Origin: an uncultured SAR86 cluster bacterium
Lineage (GTDB): Bacteria; Pseudomonadota; Gammaproteobacteria; Magnimaribacterales; Magnimaribacteraceae
DNA: 64,000 bases
Assembly (NCBI GenBank): GCA_902517565.1
Contig: CABYCU010000003.1
Location: 53,518 to 117,517 of the forward strand
Direction: 5' to 3'
Below the pieces are notes generated by a model, which was not told where the DNA came from, made no database searches, and was given only the letters and a program-made list of their open reading frames with translations. Positions 10,650 to 20,282 of this stretch are shown here, piece by piece. Within the stretch, counting starts at the first letter, position 1, and every line of letters begins with the position of its first letter. The position numbers and the translations under genes were made by a program.

Positions 10650-11586
10650 TTTTCCCAAAGCAACAGATAAGAAAATACAACTTCTGCTTAACGATTCTAG
10701 AGAAGATTTACTAGCGCTAGCTAGGCAAATGAAAATCGATGATTTAAATGAAAACTTCTTTGAAGAGATAGTAATACCAATATCTTTATATTTTCATCAT
10801 AGGTTTCCTAAAAGAGCTAAGCCTTACTTCATATGTTTTACAGGAGGTCAAGGTTCTGGAAAGACTACTCTTTCTATTTTTGTACAAAAGGTACTCAACG
10901 AAATCTGTAAAAGGCCTGCTATGGGTTTTTCTATTGATGATATATATAAATCTCAAAAAGAACGGAAATTGTTAGCTACAAATATTCATCCACTATGTTA
11001 TGTAAGAGGGGTACCGGGCACGCATGATATTGATATGGGTCTGAATTTAATTGATCAGTTATCAAAAGCAGAGCCAAATACAGAAACTAAGATACCCGCT
11101 TTTTGTAAACCTGAAGATAAGCATTACCCCGAAGAAAAATGGCCAATTTATAAAGGAAGGCCCGACTTTATATTTTTTGACGCATGGTGTGGGGGAGCTA
11201 GGCCATTACCTGAGGAAGATTGGCTTCCTCCTTTAAATCAATTAGAAGCCGATGAAGATCCAGAAGGAATATGGTCAAAATGGAGTAATAAAGAGCTTTC
11301 TAAAAACTATCAGTATTTGTTTTCTTTATTTGATTTACTCTTGATAATTAAGGTACCAAATATGGACTTTGTTTATGAGAGTAGGTGGGTACAAGAACAA
11401 ACTTTATCAAAAACCGTAACTGATCCAGCACTTAAAAAAAAGATTATGAGTAAGGATGAAGTCTACCGATTTGTAATGCATTACGAACGATTGACTCACT
11501 ATATTTTAGAAGAAATACCCAGTTTTTCTGATATCGTTTTATCTAGAGATGGTAATTTTAAATTCTCTATTTTTAAAACCCCTTAG
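10642..11586 (+). CDS. Plant/fungal-type (GLYK-like) D-glycerate 3-kinase
   Basis: GGQGSGKTT P-loop, SIDDIY, RGVPGTHD, FVMHYERLT. Confidence 0.75.
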   Translation: MTDFPKATDKKIQLLLNDSREDLLALARQMKIDDLNENFFEEIVIPISLYFHHRFPKRAKPYFICFTGGQGSGKTTLSIFVQKVLNEICKRPAMGFSIDDIYKSQKERKLLATNIHPLCYVRGVPGTHDIDMGLNLIDQLSKAEPNTETKIPAFCKPEDKHYPEEKWPIYKGRPDFIFFDAWCGGARPLPEEDWLPPLNQLEADEDPEGIWSKWSNKELSKNYQYLFSLFDLLLIIKVPNMDFVYESRWVQEQTLSKTVTDPALKKKIMSKDEVYRFVMHYERLTHYILEEIPSFSDIVLSRDGNFKFSIFKTP

Positions 11587-11608
11587 GGGCTTATATTGCA
11601 GGGTTTTC

Positions 11609-11659
11609 TTGACTTAGACCCCCTAGGTGTCACAATGCTCAACCTCCAAAAGTTTGGAG
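11609..11659 (+). promoter_or_regulatory. Sigma70-type promoter of the ilv operon plus 5' hairpin
   Basis: TTGACT(11609)-16 nt-CACAAT(11631) with TGn extension; CTCCAA-AAGT-TTGGAG at 11644-11659. Confidence 0.55.
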
Positions 11660-11679
11660 TAACCTTTTAAAAGAATTGA

Positions 11680-13428
11680 ATGGATAAAAGTAATAAATCA
11701 GGTGCTGAGGCATTAATTCACTCTCTTCATCTTGAAGATGTCGAGCTTATGTTTGGGTACCCGGGCGGTGCTGCCTTGCATATTTACGACGCGATATTTA
11801 ATCAAGATAAAGTAGAGCATATATTGGTAAGGCATGAGCAAGGAGCAGTTCATGCAGCCGATGGTTACGCTAGGGCAACTGGAAAACCAGGTGTGGCTCT
11901 AGTTACATCAGGACCGGGAGCAACAAATGCTATAACTGGATTGGCAACTGCCTATATGGATTCAACTCCTATTGTTGTGATATCAGGACAAGTTAAATCT
12001 AATTTAATAGGAACAGATTCTTTCCAAGAAACAGATATGATAGGTGTGTCTCGCCCAATTGTTAAGCACAGCTTTCTTGTGCAAAAAGCCGAAGATATAC
12101 CCCAGATTGTAAAAAAAGCTTTTCACATAGCCACAACAGGACGACCTGGACCAGTTGTGATAGATGTTCCTAAGGATTTTACAGATCCAGGATACAAGTT
12201 TGAATTTCACTACCCTTCTGAGGTTAATATGCGTTCATATCAGCCACCTAAGGCGGGCGATACGTCAAGAATAAAAGAAGCCGTTGATTTAATCGAAGCA
12301 GCTAAAAAGCCTGTAATTTATTCAGGAGGAGGAGTCATACAGGATGACGCTTCAAATGAGTTAATAGCTCTCGCAAAACAACTCAACTTTCCCGTGACTA
12401 ATACTTTAATGGGATTAGGAGCATTTCCCGGCTCTGATCCTCAATTTATGGGCATGCTAGGCATGCATGGAACTTATCAAGCTAATATGGCGATGCACAA
12501 TGCTGATCTGATAATAGCAGTAGGGGCAAGATTTGATGACCGCATAACCAATGACCCCAAACAATTTTCTCTTGGCGCCAAAAAGATTCATATTGACGTA
12601 GATCCTGCTTCGGTTTCTAAAATCATACATGCTGATATACCAATAGTTGGTTCTGCTAAAGAATGTTTATCCGCACTTTTGCAAGAACTCAATTCCAGAG
12701 ATTTGAAACTTAATGAATCTGAAATTTCTGCTTGGAACCAGCAGATATCAGATTGGCGTGATGCTCATGGCTTGAATCACTCACTCTTAGAGCTTGGTCC
12801 GCAAAATGGCAAAATACTGCCTCAACAAGTTGTTCAATCTCTTTACAAAGAAACTAACGGACAAGCTTTCATTACATCAGATGTAGGCCAGCATCAGATG
12901 TTCGCTGCCCAGTACTATCATTTCGATAAACCCAGACAATGGATTAATTCAGGCGGCCTAGGAACTATGGGTTTTGGTCTTCCATCTGCTATGGGCGTTC
13001 AATTGGGGTATCCAGACTCTACTGTTGCTTGTGTTACTGGTGAAGGAAGTATCCAGATGTGCATTCAAGAACTTTCAACCTGTCTTCAATACGGACTGCC
13101 AATCAAAATTATCAATTTAAATAATGCTGCCCTTGGAATGGTTAAACAATGGCAAGATATGCAATACGGAGGAAGACATTCCTCAAGTACATATGAGAAT
13201 TCACTTCCGGATTTTGTTGCATTAACAGAATCTTATGGTCATGTGGGCATTAAAGTTACTCAATTTGAAGACTTAGAATCTTCAATGAAAGAGTGTATAT
13301 CTCTAAAAGATAGATTGGTATTTTTAGACGTCGATGTTGATCCCAATGAACATGTGTATCCTATGCTAGAAGCTGGGAATGCAATGGATCATATGTGGTT
13401 AGGTAAAGAAGAAAAGACCTGGAAATGA
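11680..13428 (+). CDS. ilvI: Acetolactate synthase large subunit
   Basis: GYPGG, RHEQ, TSGPGATN, GMLGMHG, SDVGQHQ, GGLGTMG. Confidence 0.95.
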   Translation: MDKSNKSGAEALIHSLHLEDVELMFGYPGGAALHIYDAIFNQDKVEHILVRHEQGAVHAADGYARATGKPGVALVTSGPGATNAITGLATAYMDSTPIVVISGQVKSNLIGTDSFQETDMIGVSRPIVKHSFLVQKAEDIPQIVKKAFHIATTGRPGPVVIDVPKDFTDPGYKFEFHYPSEVNMRSYQPPKAGDTSRIKEAVDLIEAAKKPVIYSGGGVIQDDASNELIALAKQLNFPVTNTLMGLGAFPGSDPQFMGMLGMHGTYQANMAMHNADLIIAVGARFDDRITNDPKQFSLGAKKIHIDVDPASVSKIIHADIPIVGSAKECLSALLQELNSRDLKLNESEISAWNQQISDWRDAHGLNHSLLELGPQNGKILPQQVVQSLYKETNGQAFITSDVGQHQMFAAQYYHFDKPRQWINSGGLGTMGFGLPSAMGVQLGYPDSTVACVTGEGSIQMCIQELSTCLQYGLPIKIINLNNAALGMVKQWQDMQYGGRHSSSTYENSLPDFVALTESYGHVGIKVTQFEDLESSMKECISLKDRLVFLDVDVDPNEHVYPMLEAGNAMDHMWLGKEEKTWK

Positions 13429-13904
13429 AAAGAGTCATAGCTTTGTTAATGGAGAATCAGCCCGGTGCTCTTTCAAGAGTTGTGGGTCTTTTTTCTCAAA
13501 GGGGATATAACATAGAAACTTTAGTGGTAGCTCCTACAACAGACCCGACGCTATCAAGACTGACCATGTCAACCGAGGGTGATGAAAACGTGGTAGAACA
13601 AATAACTAAACAATTAGATAAATTAATTGATGTTGTCATGGTTACAAATTTAAGCGGCTCTGAATTTGTTGAAAGGGAATTAATGTTAATAAAATTTAAG
13701 TCAGATTCTTTCCCCCGAAATACTTTTGAAGAATCTAATATAGTTTCTAAAAATGATGAAATTACTAATGTACAAGTTGTGGGTACTTCATCAGAATTAG
13801 ATAAATTAATTACAGAGATTGAAGGGAATAATCCTGTAGAAATCGTCAGATCTGGTTCTTTAGGAATCTCTTCTGATAAGACCAGCTTAAGTACTGAAAA
13901 TTAA
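13425..13904 (+). CDS. ilvH: Acetolactate synthase small (regulatory) subunit
   Basis: ENQPGALSRVVGLFSQRGYNIE ACT domain; ATGA overlap with the large subunit. Confidence 0.93.
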   Translation: MKRVIALLMENQPGALSRVVGLFSQRGYNIETLVVAPTTDPTLSRLTMSTEGDENVVEQITKQLDKLIDVVMVTNLSGSEFVERELMLIKFKSDSFPRNTFEESNIVSKNDEITNVQVVGTSSELDKLITEIEGNNPVEIVRSGSLGISSDKTSLSTEN

Positions 13905-14948
<1,044 letters not shown>

Positions 14949-14952
14949 ATTT

Positions 14953-15741
14953 ATGTCCAATGATCCTCAAGACAGTCTAGATCTCTTTGATGATCACGAA
15001 GAGGTAGTTTCAGAGGACGGCAAGAAAGTTACCAGGAAAGGAATTTATTTACTTCCGAATCTCCTGACTACTGCCTCATTATTTTCTGGATTTTTCTCAA
15101 TAATTTCTGCAATAAATGGAAATTTCATTGCCTCAGGAATGGCACTTTTTGCAGCTCAAATGTTAGATGGTTTAGATGGAAGAGTGGCGAGACTCACAAA
15201 TTCTGAAAGCCTATTTGGAGCACAGTATGACAGTCTCTGTGACGTTATTTCATTTGGATTGGCGCCCGCTATAATAGTATTTCTTTGGGGGTTAGATTCA
15301 ATTGGCCAAACGGGTTGGGTTTTTTCATTTTTTTATGTTGCTGCAGCAGCTTTGAGGCTTGCAAGGTTTAATACTTATATTGGTTCCGAAGATACATATT
15401 TCAAAGGTCTTCCTAGTCCTGTCGCGAGCGCAATGGTTGTTTATTTTGTTTGGGCTATGAGCTCATTTGGCATTCAAGGAGAGGAGGTAGGAAGGCTTTT
15501 AGCAATTTTTACAGCCCTCTTAACAGGATTAGTTTCTTTATTGATGGTTGTAAATGTTCCTTACTATAGCTTTAAAGAAATTGAATTGAAGAAGAGAGTA
15601 CCTTTCTTTTCTATGCTTTTTGTAGTCTTCATCTTTGCCTTAATATCGATAGATCCTCCAATTGTATTGGCTAGTTGTGCTTTTGCATACATACTTTCCG
15701 GACCTCTACTATGGTCATGGAAAAGATTAAAAAGTAGTTAG
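14953..15741 (+). CDS. pssA: CDP-diacylglycerol--serine O-phosphatidyltransferase
   Basis: LPNLLT, DGLDGRVAR...GAQYDSLCDVISFG, RLARFN; ilvC-pssA synteny. Confidence 0.93.
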   Translation: MSNDPQDSLDLFDDHEEVVSEDGKKVTRKGIYLLPNLLTTASLFSGFFSIISAINGNFIASGMALFAAQMLDGLDGRVARLTNSESLFGAQYDSLCDVISFGLAPAIIVFLWGLDSIGQTGWVFSFFYVAAAALRLARFNTYIGSEDTYFKGLPSPVASAMVVYFVWAMSSFGIQGEEVGRLLAIFTALLTGLVSLLMVVNVPYYSFKEIELKKRVPFFSMLFVVFIFALISIDPPIVLASCAFAYILSGPLLWSWKRLKSS

Positions 15742-16811
15742 CTGGTTTTTCTCCAGTAACCTGTAAAACTCATCTGATCAACATTGAGGTCTAAGTTCTT
15801 TTTGAGAGTTTTTCTAATTGTGGAAATCTGTCTCGCTTCTCCTGCCCCAAATACATATAGCTTCTCTGAATTGACATCGAGCTGTTTAATTCTTTTAAGT
15901 AATTCAGTTCCTTCACCTGCTGGTTGATCATTTCTATAAATCCACTCTATACGATGTTCCGGATCACCATATTCAAATTTAGTTGTTTCATTTTGAGTTT
16001 CAAATAAACAAATAAAGTTTTCATCTTTATTTAAATTTTCAATTGCAGCTAAAGCAGCCGGTTGAGCAGTTTCATCTGCGATAAAGATGTAGTTATTTGT
16101 ATCTAAAGGTGGAGTAAACGTTGTCCTTGGCCCCCATATAGCGACTTCAGAATTTACTTTTGCCTCTTCAGCCCAGATTGCTAAGGGACCTGGATGATCA
16201 TGAAGAACAAACCATACGTCTATTTCATTTTCTCTGATTGATCTTATTGTGTAATAAGCCGCAGTGTAAGGATTCTCGTCTTTTGTATTGATTGCTCTGA
16301 AATCATTCATTGAAAATCCTTCAGGGTATTTATGTTCAATATCACTATTTACAATGAAATACATAAACGCATCATTTTTAAGGTTGGGTAAATTTTGTAG
16401 ACCACCTTTGAAAGTAATTTCTATAATATTGGATGATATCTCTCTTTTATTTTTTACTCTTGTTATGTAAGTATCTAGATTAAGAGTTTTTTCAATGAGT
16501 TTTTCAAGACGTGTCTTCGGATAATCTTCAGGAGCATCAGCTCTTGCTTTTGAGAGACATGAATAGAAGAAATTACTGACTTCAACTGAATCTTTCACCT
16601 TTTCTGGAAATTCTATTTGTTGAATCTTTTTTTCTTCATCCGTTTCAATAATCAAAGAAATTAATTCTGGCGAGATGTGTTTAATTTCAGTTTTTTTTGC
16701 TTTTACTTCTTTAAGATAATAGTGAGCAATAAGAAGGAGGGCGTCTTCGTTGACATCATTGTGTAAGTCAATCATTAATTGGATATTTTCTTGACTATTC
16801 TTATCGAACAT
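15738..16811 (-). CDS. Siderophore-interacting-protein (SIP) family FAD reductase with extra N-terminal DUF2470-like domain
   Basis: YYTIR, FVLH-GP-WA, WGPR, ADETA, GAGE, C-terminal GYWR; N-terminal ~110 aa resembles DUF2470. Confidence 0.8.
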   Translation of the reverse strand: MFDKNSQENIQLMIDLHNDVNEDALLLIAHYYLKEVKAKKTEIKHISPELISLIIETDEEKKIQQIEFPEKVKDSVEVSNFFYSCLSKARADAPEDYPKTRLEKLIEKTLNLDTYITRVKNKREISSNIIEITFKGGLQNLPNLKNDAFMYFIVNSDIEHKYPEGFSMNDFRAINTKDENPYTAAYYTIRSIRENEIDVWFVLHDHPGPLAIWAEEAKVNSEVAIWGPRTTFTPPLDTNNYIFIADETAQPAALAAIENLNKDENFICLFETQNETTKFEYGDPEHRIEWIYRNDQPAGEGTELLKRIKQLDVNSEKLYVFGAGEARQISTIRKTLKKNLDLNVDQMSFTGYWRKTS

Positions 16812-16814
16812 AAC

Positions 16815-17546
16815 TTATAGTTCGTAAGCTCTGTAGTCATTAGCTTGTTTAACAAGCATATCTTTATATTCCTTTGCATTACTGCAAATTTCTTCAAAAG
16901 AAATAAAATAAATTTCTTCATTAGATTTTATGTAATAACCATCTATCGATAGAGAAAGCATTTTAGCTTCATTATCTTTTATGGAATGTTGGGCATTTAG
17001 TGCTGAAGATATGTTGTGCGAGTGATCTTCATTCATATGTTCAATGATCGAAGACTCATTGCTACTCCATTTTGGTTTGTGTTGTTCCCATTTCTTTGCA
17101 TCAAGCCAGGCAATTTTACCAAACCCTCCTATCCACCTAACTTGATTGATATGTAGCCTGTAGAAATTGAAATCATGCATGGCAGCATATTTCTTACTTT
17201 CCGGTAAGAAATTTTCAAATCTGTTTTTCACGGTTTCTACTTCTTCATTAGGTAAAGCTTTTAAGTCTCCCAATAGTGTCATTCTGGAAGAATTTTGCTT
17301 ATCAAAATCGTCATCAATTTTGAATAAGGTTAAGCATGATTTAGAGTCTTCTTTTAAATTTATGGTGTGTTGCGCTATGTTACTTGCGTATATCAAAATA
17401 CTTCTGTCAACGTCTGTTACAAAGGTTACAAAACTCCCAAAAGGATAACCATCATTTCGGACTGATATGGTAGATAAGACTCCTTCACTAGCATTTCTAA
17501 GAAGGCTAATCGCATCTTTTTCGTATTCTTTTTGTTTTGTATTCAT
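16815..17546 (-). CDS. HugZ-family heme oxygenase-like protein (split barrel + DUF2470)
   Basis: GVLST, GYPFGS, IAQHTINL, HDFNFYRL, RWIGGFG, IIEHMNEDH. Confidence 0.85.
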   Translation of the reverse strand: MNTKQKEYEKDAISLLRNASEGVLSTISVRNDGYPFGSFVTFVTDVDRSILIYASNIAQHTINLKEDSKSCLTLFKIDDDFDKQNSSRMTLLGDLKALPNEEVETVKNRFENFLPESKKYAAMHDFNFYRLHINQVRWIGGFGKIAWLDAKKWEQHKPKWSSNESSIIEHMNEDHSHNISSALNAQHSIKDNEAKMLSLSIDGYYIKSNEEIYFISFEEICSNAKEYKDMLVKQANDYRAYEL

Positions 17547-17549
17547 AAC

Positions 17550-18323
17550 TCAGTAATAGTTAATTCTGAAAGGACTTTCTTCTATTTGCATATCTAAACC
17601 ATATACTTTGCTCAAAGTTTCCTCATTAAGGACCGTCCTAGGAGCTCCAATCTCCAGTAGTTTACCTTCATTGAATATTGCAATTTGATCAGAATACTTA
17701 GCGGCTAAGTTGAGATCATGGAGTATCAAAAGGATACCTATACCCTCATCTCTTTTATTTTGTATAAGTCTCATCATTTTTTGCTCATGAAGAATATCTA
17801 AATTTGCAGTAGGCTCATCTAGAAACATATATCTAGGATCATCCGATCCGGACGGTCTCCAAAGTTGGATAAGCGTTCTTGCAAAATGTACACGTCTTTT
17901 CTCTCCTCCAGATAAAGTATTAAAACTTTGTTCTAATAAATCCGCTACAGAACACTCAATAGATATTTTTTTAACGGCTTCTTCAAAATCTTTTGAATAA
18001 TCTGATATACCTCTGTCAATCCATCCCATTTCAATGATTTCTTTTACAGTAAAATCATAGGCTATTTCTTGAGATTGGGACATTACACTTCTCATGAAGG
18101 ATCTATCTTGAATAGAGATATTGCTTAGTGGAATGTCATCAAACTTGATTTCTCCATCTGATGCAGTTGAGTCGCCAGCTATAAGCTTTAAAAAAGAAGA
18201 TTTCCCAGCACCATTAGGCCCTAATATAGTGAGTATCTCTCCTTGGTTTATTTTTAGAGACACTTCGTCAACGATCCTTTTAGACTTTATTTCCCAAGTT
18301 AAATTAATTGTTTCAACGCTCAT
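17550..18323 (-). CDS. hmuV: Heme ABC transporter ATP-binding subunit
   Basis: GPNGAGKS, LSGGEKRRVHFARTLIQLW, LDEPT, ILHDLNLA. Confidence 0.88.
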   Translation of the reverse strand: MSVETINLTWEIKSKRIVDEVSLKINQGEILTILGPNGAGKSSFLKLIAGDSTASDGEIKFDDIPLSNISIQDRSFMRSVMSQSQEIAYDFTVKEIIEMGWIDRGISDYSKDFEEAVKKISIECSVADLLEQSFNTLSGGEKRRVHFARTLIQLWRPSGSDDPRYMFLDEPTANLDILHEQKMMRLIQNKRDEGIGILLILHDLNLAAKYSDQIAIFNEGKLLEIGAPRTVLNEETLSKVYGLDMQIEESPFRINYY

Positions 18324-19357
18324 GTCTTTCTTATTCTAAAAATTAACCACAAAAAGAAGGGAGCCCCTATAGCGCTCGTTATCAAACCAACTGGTAATTC
18401 AGCTGGTTGTATCAATGTTCTCGATAATAAGTCAGCTGTCATCATTAATGAGGCCCCTAGAAAAGCAGAACCAGGTAGTAAATAATTATGATTTACTCCT
18501 CCAATCAGTCTAACTAAATGAGGGACGACTAACCCTACAAATCCAATCATTCCTGATAAGGAAACACTTATACCAACTGTTATTGCCGAGGCAATAATAA
18601 CTTTAAATTTGAGTTTTCTTACATCTACACCTAAACGGTAAGCTTCCGGTTCTCCCAGCTGCAATAGATCTAATTTCCTTGCAGACGGTATCATCCAGAA
18701 CATAGTTAAAGAAATTATTATCAAAGCTGGAATTATCAACTGCCAGGAAGCCCCACCAAAACTCCCCATAGTCCAGAAAGTCAGTCCTCTTAATTCCGAG
18801 TCTGTGCTGATATAGGTGAGAATGCCGATTCCAACTGAAGCGAATGCATTTACTGCAATGCCAACTAAAAGCATATAGGTAATGCCCTGATAACCAAATC
18901 CTTGAGTAAAAAGGTATAAAAGGCTAATGACAAGTGAAGCACCAATAATTGCAGAAATTGGGAGTATTAATGTCCCAAATATAAAGTCGGGGAGGATACC
19001 GGAGCCAAGAACTATCACTATAGATGCGCCTAATGCTGCACCAGCCGAAACACCAATTAATCCGGGATCTGCCAAAGGATTTCTAAACAAACCTTGTAGA
19101 GAAGCACCCGAAAGCCCAAGACTTGCTCCAACAAAAGCTGCTAACAAAACCCTAGGAATTCTGATTTCCAAGAGAACAATATTATCTAATGAATTAGAGT
19201 CATTAAGTAACTCCTGAAGAGAAAAATTGAAACTACCTAAAGTAATTGACGTAACTAATATTAATAAAGTGGAAATTACAAAGAGTGCAAGAATTCCCGT
19301 TTGAAAAGAATTAATAAATTTCAAAGAATGAACTTTTTTGGAAAGTATTGATGACAT
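18320..19357 (-). CDS. hmuU: Heme ABC transporter permease (FecCD family)
   Basis: IRIPR, QGLFRNPLADPGLIGVSAGA, GFVGLVVPH, ELPVG. Confidence 0.88.
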   Translation of the reverse strand: MSSILSKKVHSLKFINSFQTGILALFVISTLLILVTSITLGSFNFSLQELLNDSNSLDNIVLLEIRIPRVLLAAFVGASLGLSGASLQGLFRNPLADPGLIGVSAGAALGASIVIVLGSGILPDFIFGTLILPISAIIGASLVISLLYLFTQGFGYQGITYMLLVGIAVNAFASVGIGILTYISTDSELRGLTFWTMGSFGGASWQLIIPALIIISLTMFWMIPSARKLDLLQLGEPEAYRLGVDVRKLKFKVIIASAITVGISVSLSGMIGFVGLVVPHLVRLIGGVNHNYLLPGSAFLGASLMMTADLLSRTLIQPAELPVGLITSAIGAPFFLWLIFRIRKT

Positions 19358-20208
19358 TATTTACTAAAAATTTTAGCAAACTTTATCGCCGTTGAAACTG
19401 TTCTTGTACCAAAACCCAACATGGCCATGCCATCTTCGTTCAAGATCTTTCCTTCGCGCGCAGCATTCGTAAACTTGAGTGAAGTAGTGCTTGCTAGACT
19501 TTCAATATCAGGAAAAGAATTCATGCCTCTGTTGGTAATAATTATATAGTCAGGATTATATGAAATAATTGATTCGCTGCTTATTGGCTTCCAACCTTCA
19601 AATTTATTTGCAGCATTACTTGCTCCAGTCATTTTGATGAAACCGTCCCCGGAAGTTCCATTTCCAGCAACTATAGGTGAAGTTCCTTGCATATTCAGAA
19701 TCAGCATCACTTTGATTCCTGATTCCTTATTTTCTTGCGCGAGTTCATTTAAGTAATTGATATCGTCTTTAATCAAATCAATTTTTGATAAGGTATCTTT
19801 TGATTTAGTATTGAGAACTTCTGATAGACATTCTATTTTTCGTAGAATACCTATAGACGTATGATCCTCTTCTAGAATACGTACATCCAAGCCCGTTAAT
19901 GATAGTTGCTCCACAACAAGAGGAGGCCCCATATCATCTTCCCCTAAAATTAGAGAGGGTTTTAGCGATAAAATACCCTCCGTGGATAATGCCCTGACGT
20001 AACCTATTGAGGGGAGTTCCGAAGTTGCGGGTGGAAAATTAGAAGTAATATCCACTCCGATAATTTTCTCTTCTTGCTCCAGAAAATACACTACTTCTGT
20101 TAGAGATCCTCCTGCTATAACAGTCTTCGATGAGTCTTTAGCCATGCTGCAATCTGACCAGCTTAAGTTCATGAATATGGAAATAATACTTATTAAAAAA
20201 AAGCGCAT
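19357..20208 (-). CDS. hmuT: Periplasmic heme-binding protein
   Basis: GGSLTEVVY, GVDITS, IGYVRALSTEGILSL containing the heme-ligand Tyr, LGFG. Confidence 0.88.
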   Translation of the reverse strand: MRFFLISIISIFMNLSWSDCSMAKDSSKTVIAGGSLTEVVYFLEQEEKIIGVDITSNFPPATSELPSIGYVRALSTEGILSLKPSLILGEDDMGPPLVVEQLSLTGLDVRILEEDHTSIGILRKIECLSEVLNTKSKDTLSKIDLIKDDINYLNELAQENKESGIKVMLILNMQGTSPIVAGNGTSGDGFIKMTGASNAANKFEGWKPISSESIISYNPDYIIITNRGMNSFPDIESLASTTSLKFTNAAREGKILNEDGMAMLGFGTRTVSTAIKFAKIFSK

Positions 20209-20238
20209 CTAAAGGATTGTATTGATTAAAAACTTAAA

Positions 20239-20263
20239 GTAAATGATAATCATTCCCATTCTC
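20239..20263. promoter_or_regulatory. Two overlapping Fur boxes in the divergent hmuT / receptor promoter
   Basis: GTAAATGATAATCATTCCC (15/19 to GATAATGATAATCATTATC) and GATAATCATTCCCATTCTC (14/19), offset by 6 bp. Confidence 0.85.
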
Positions 20264-20282
20264 ATCAAGAAAGAGGCAAAAA

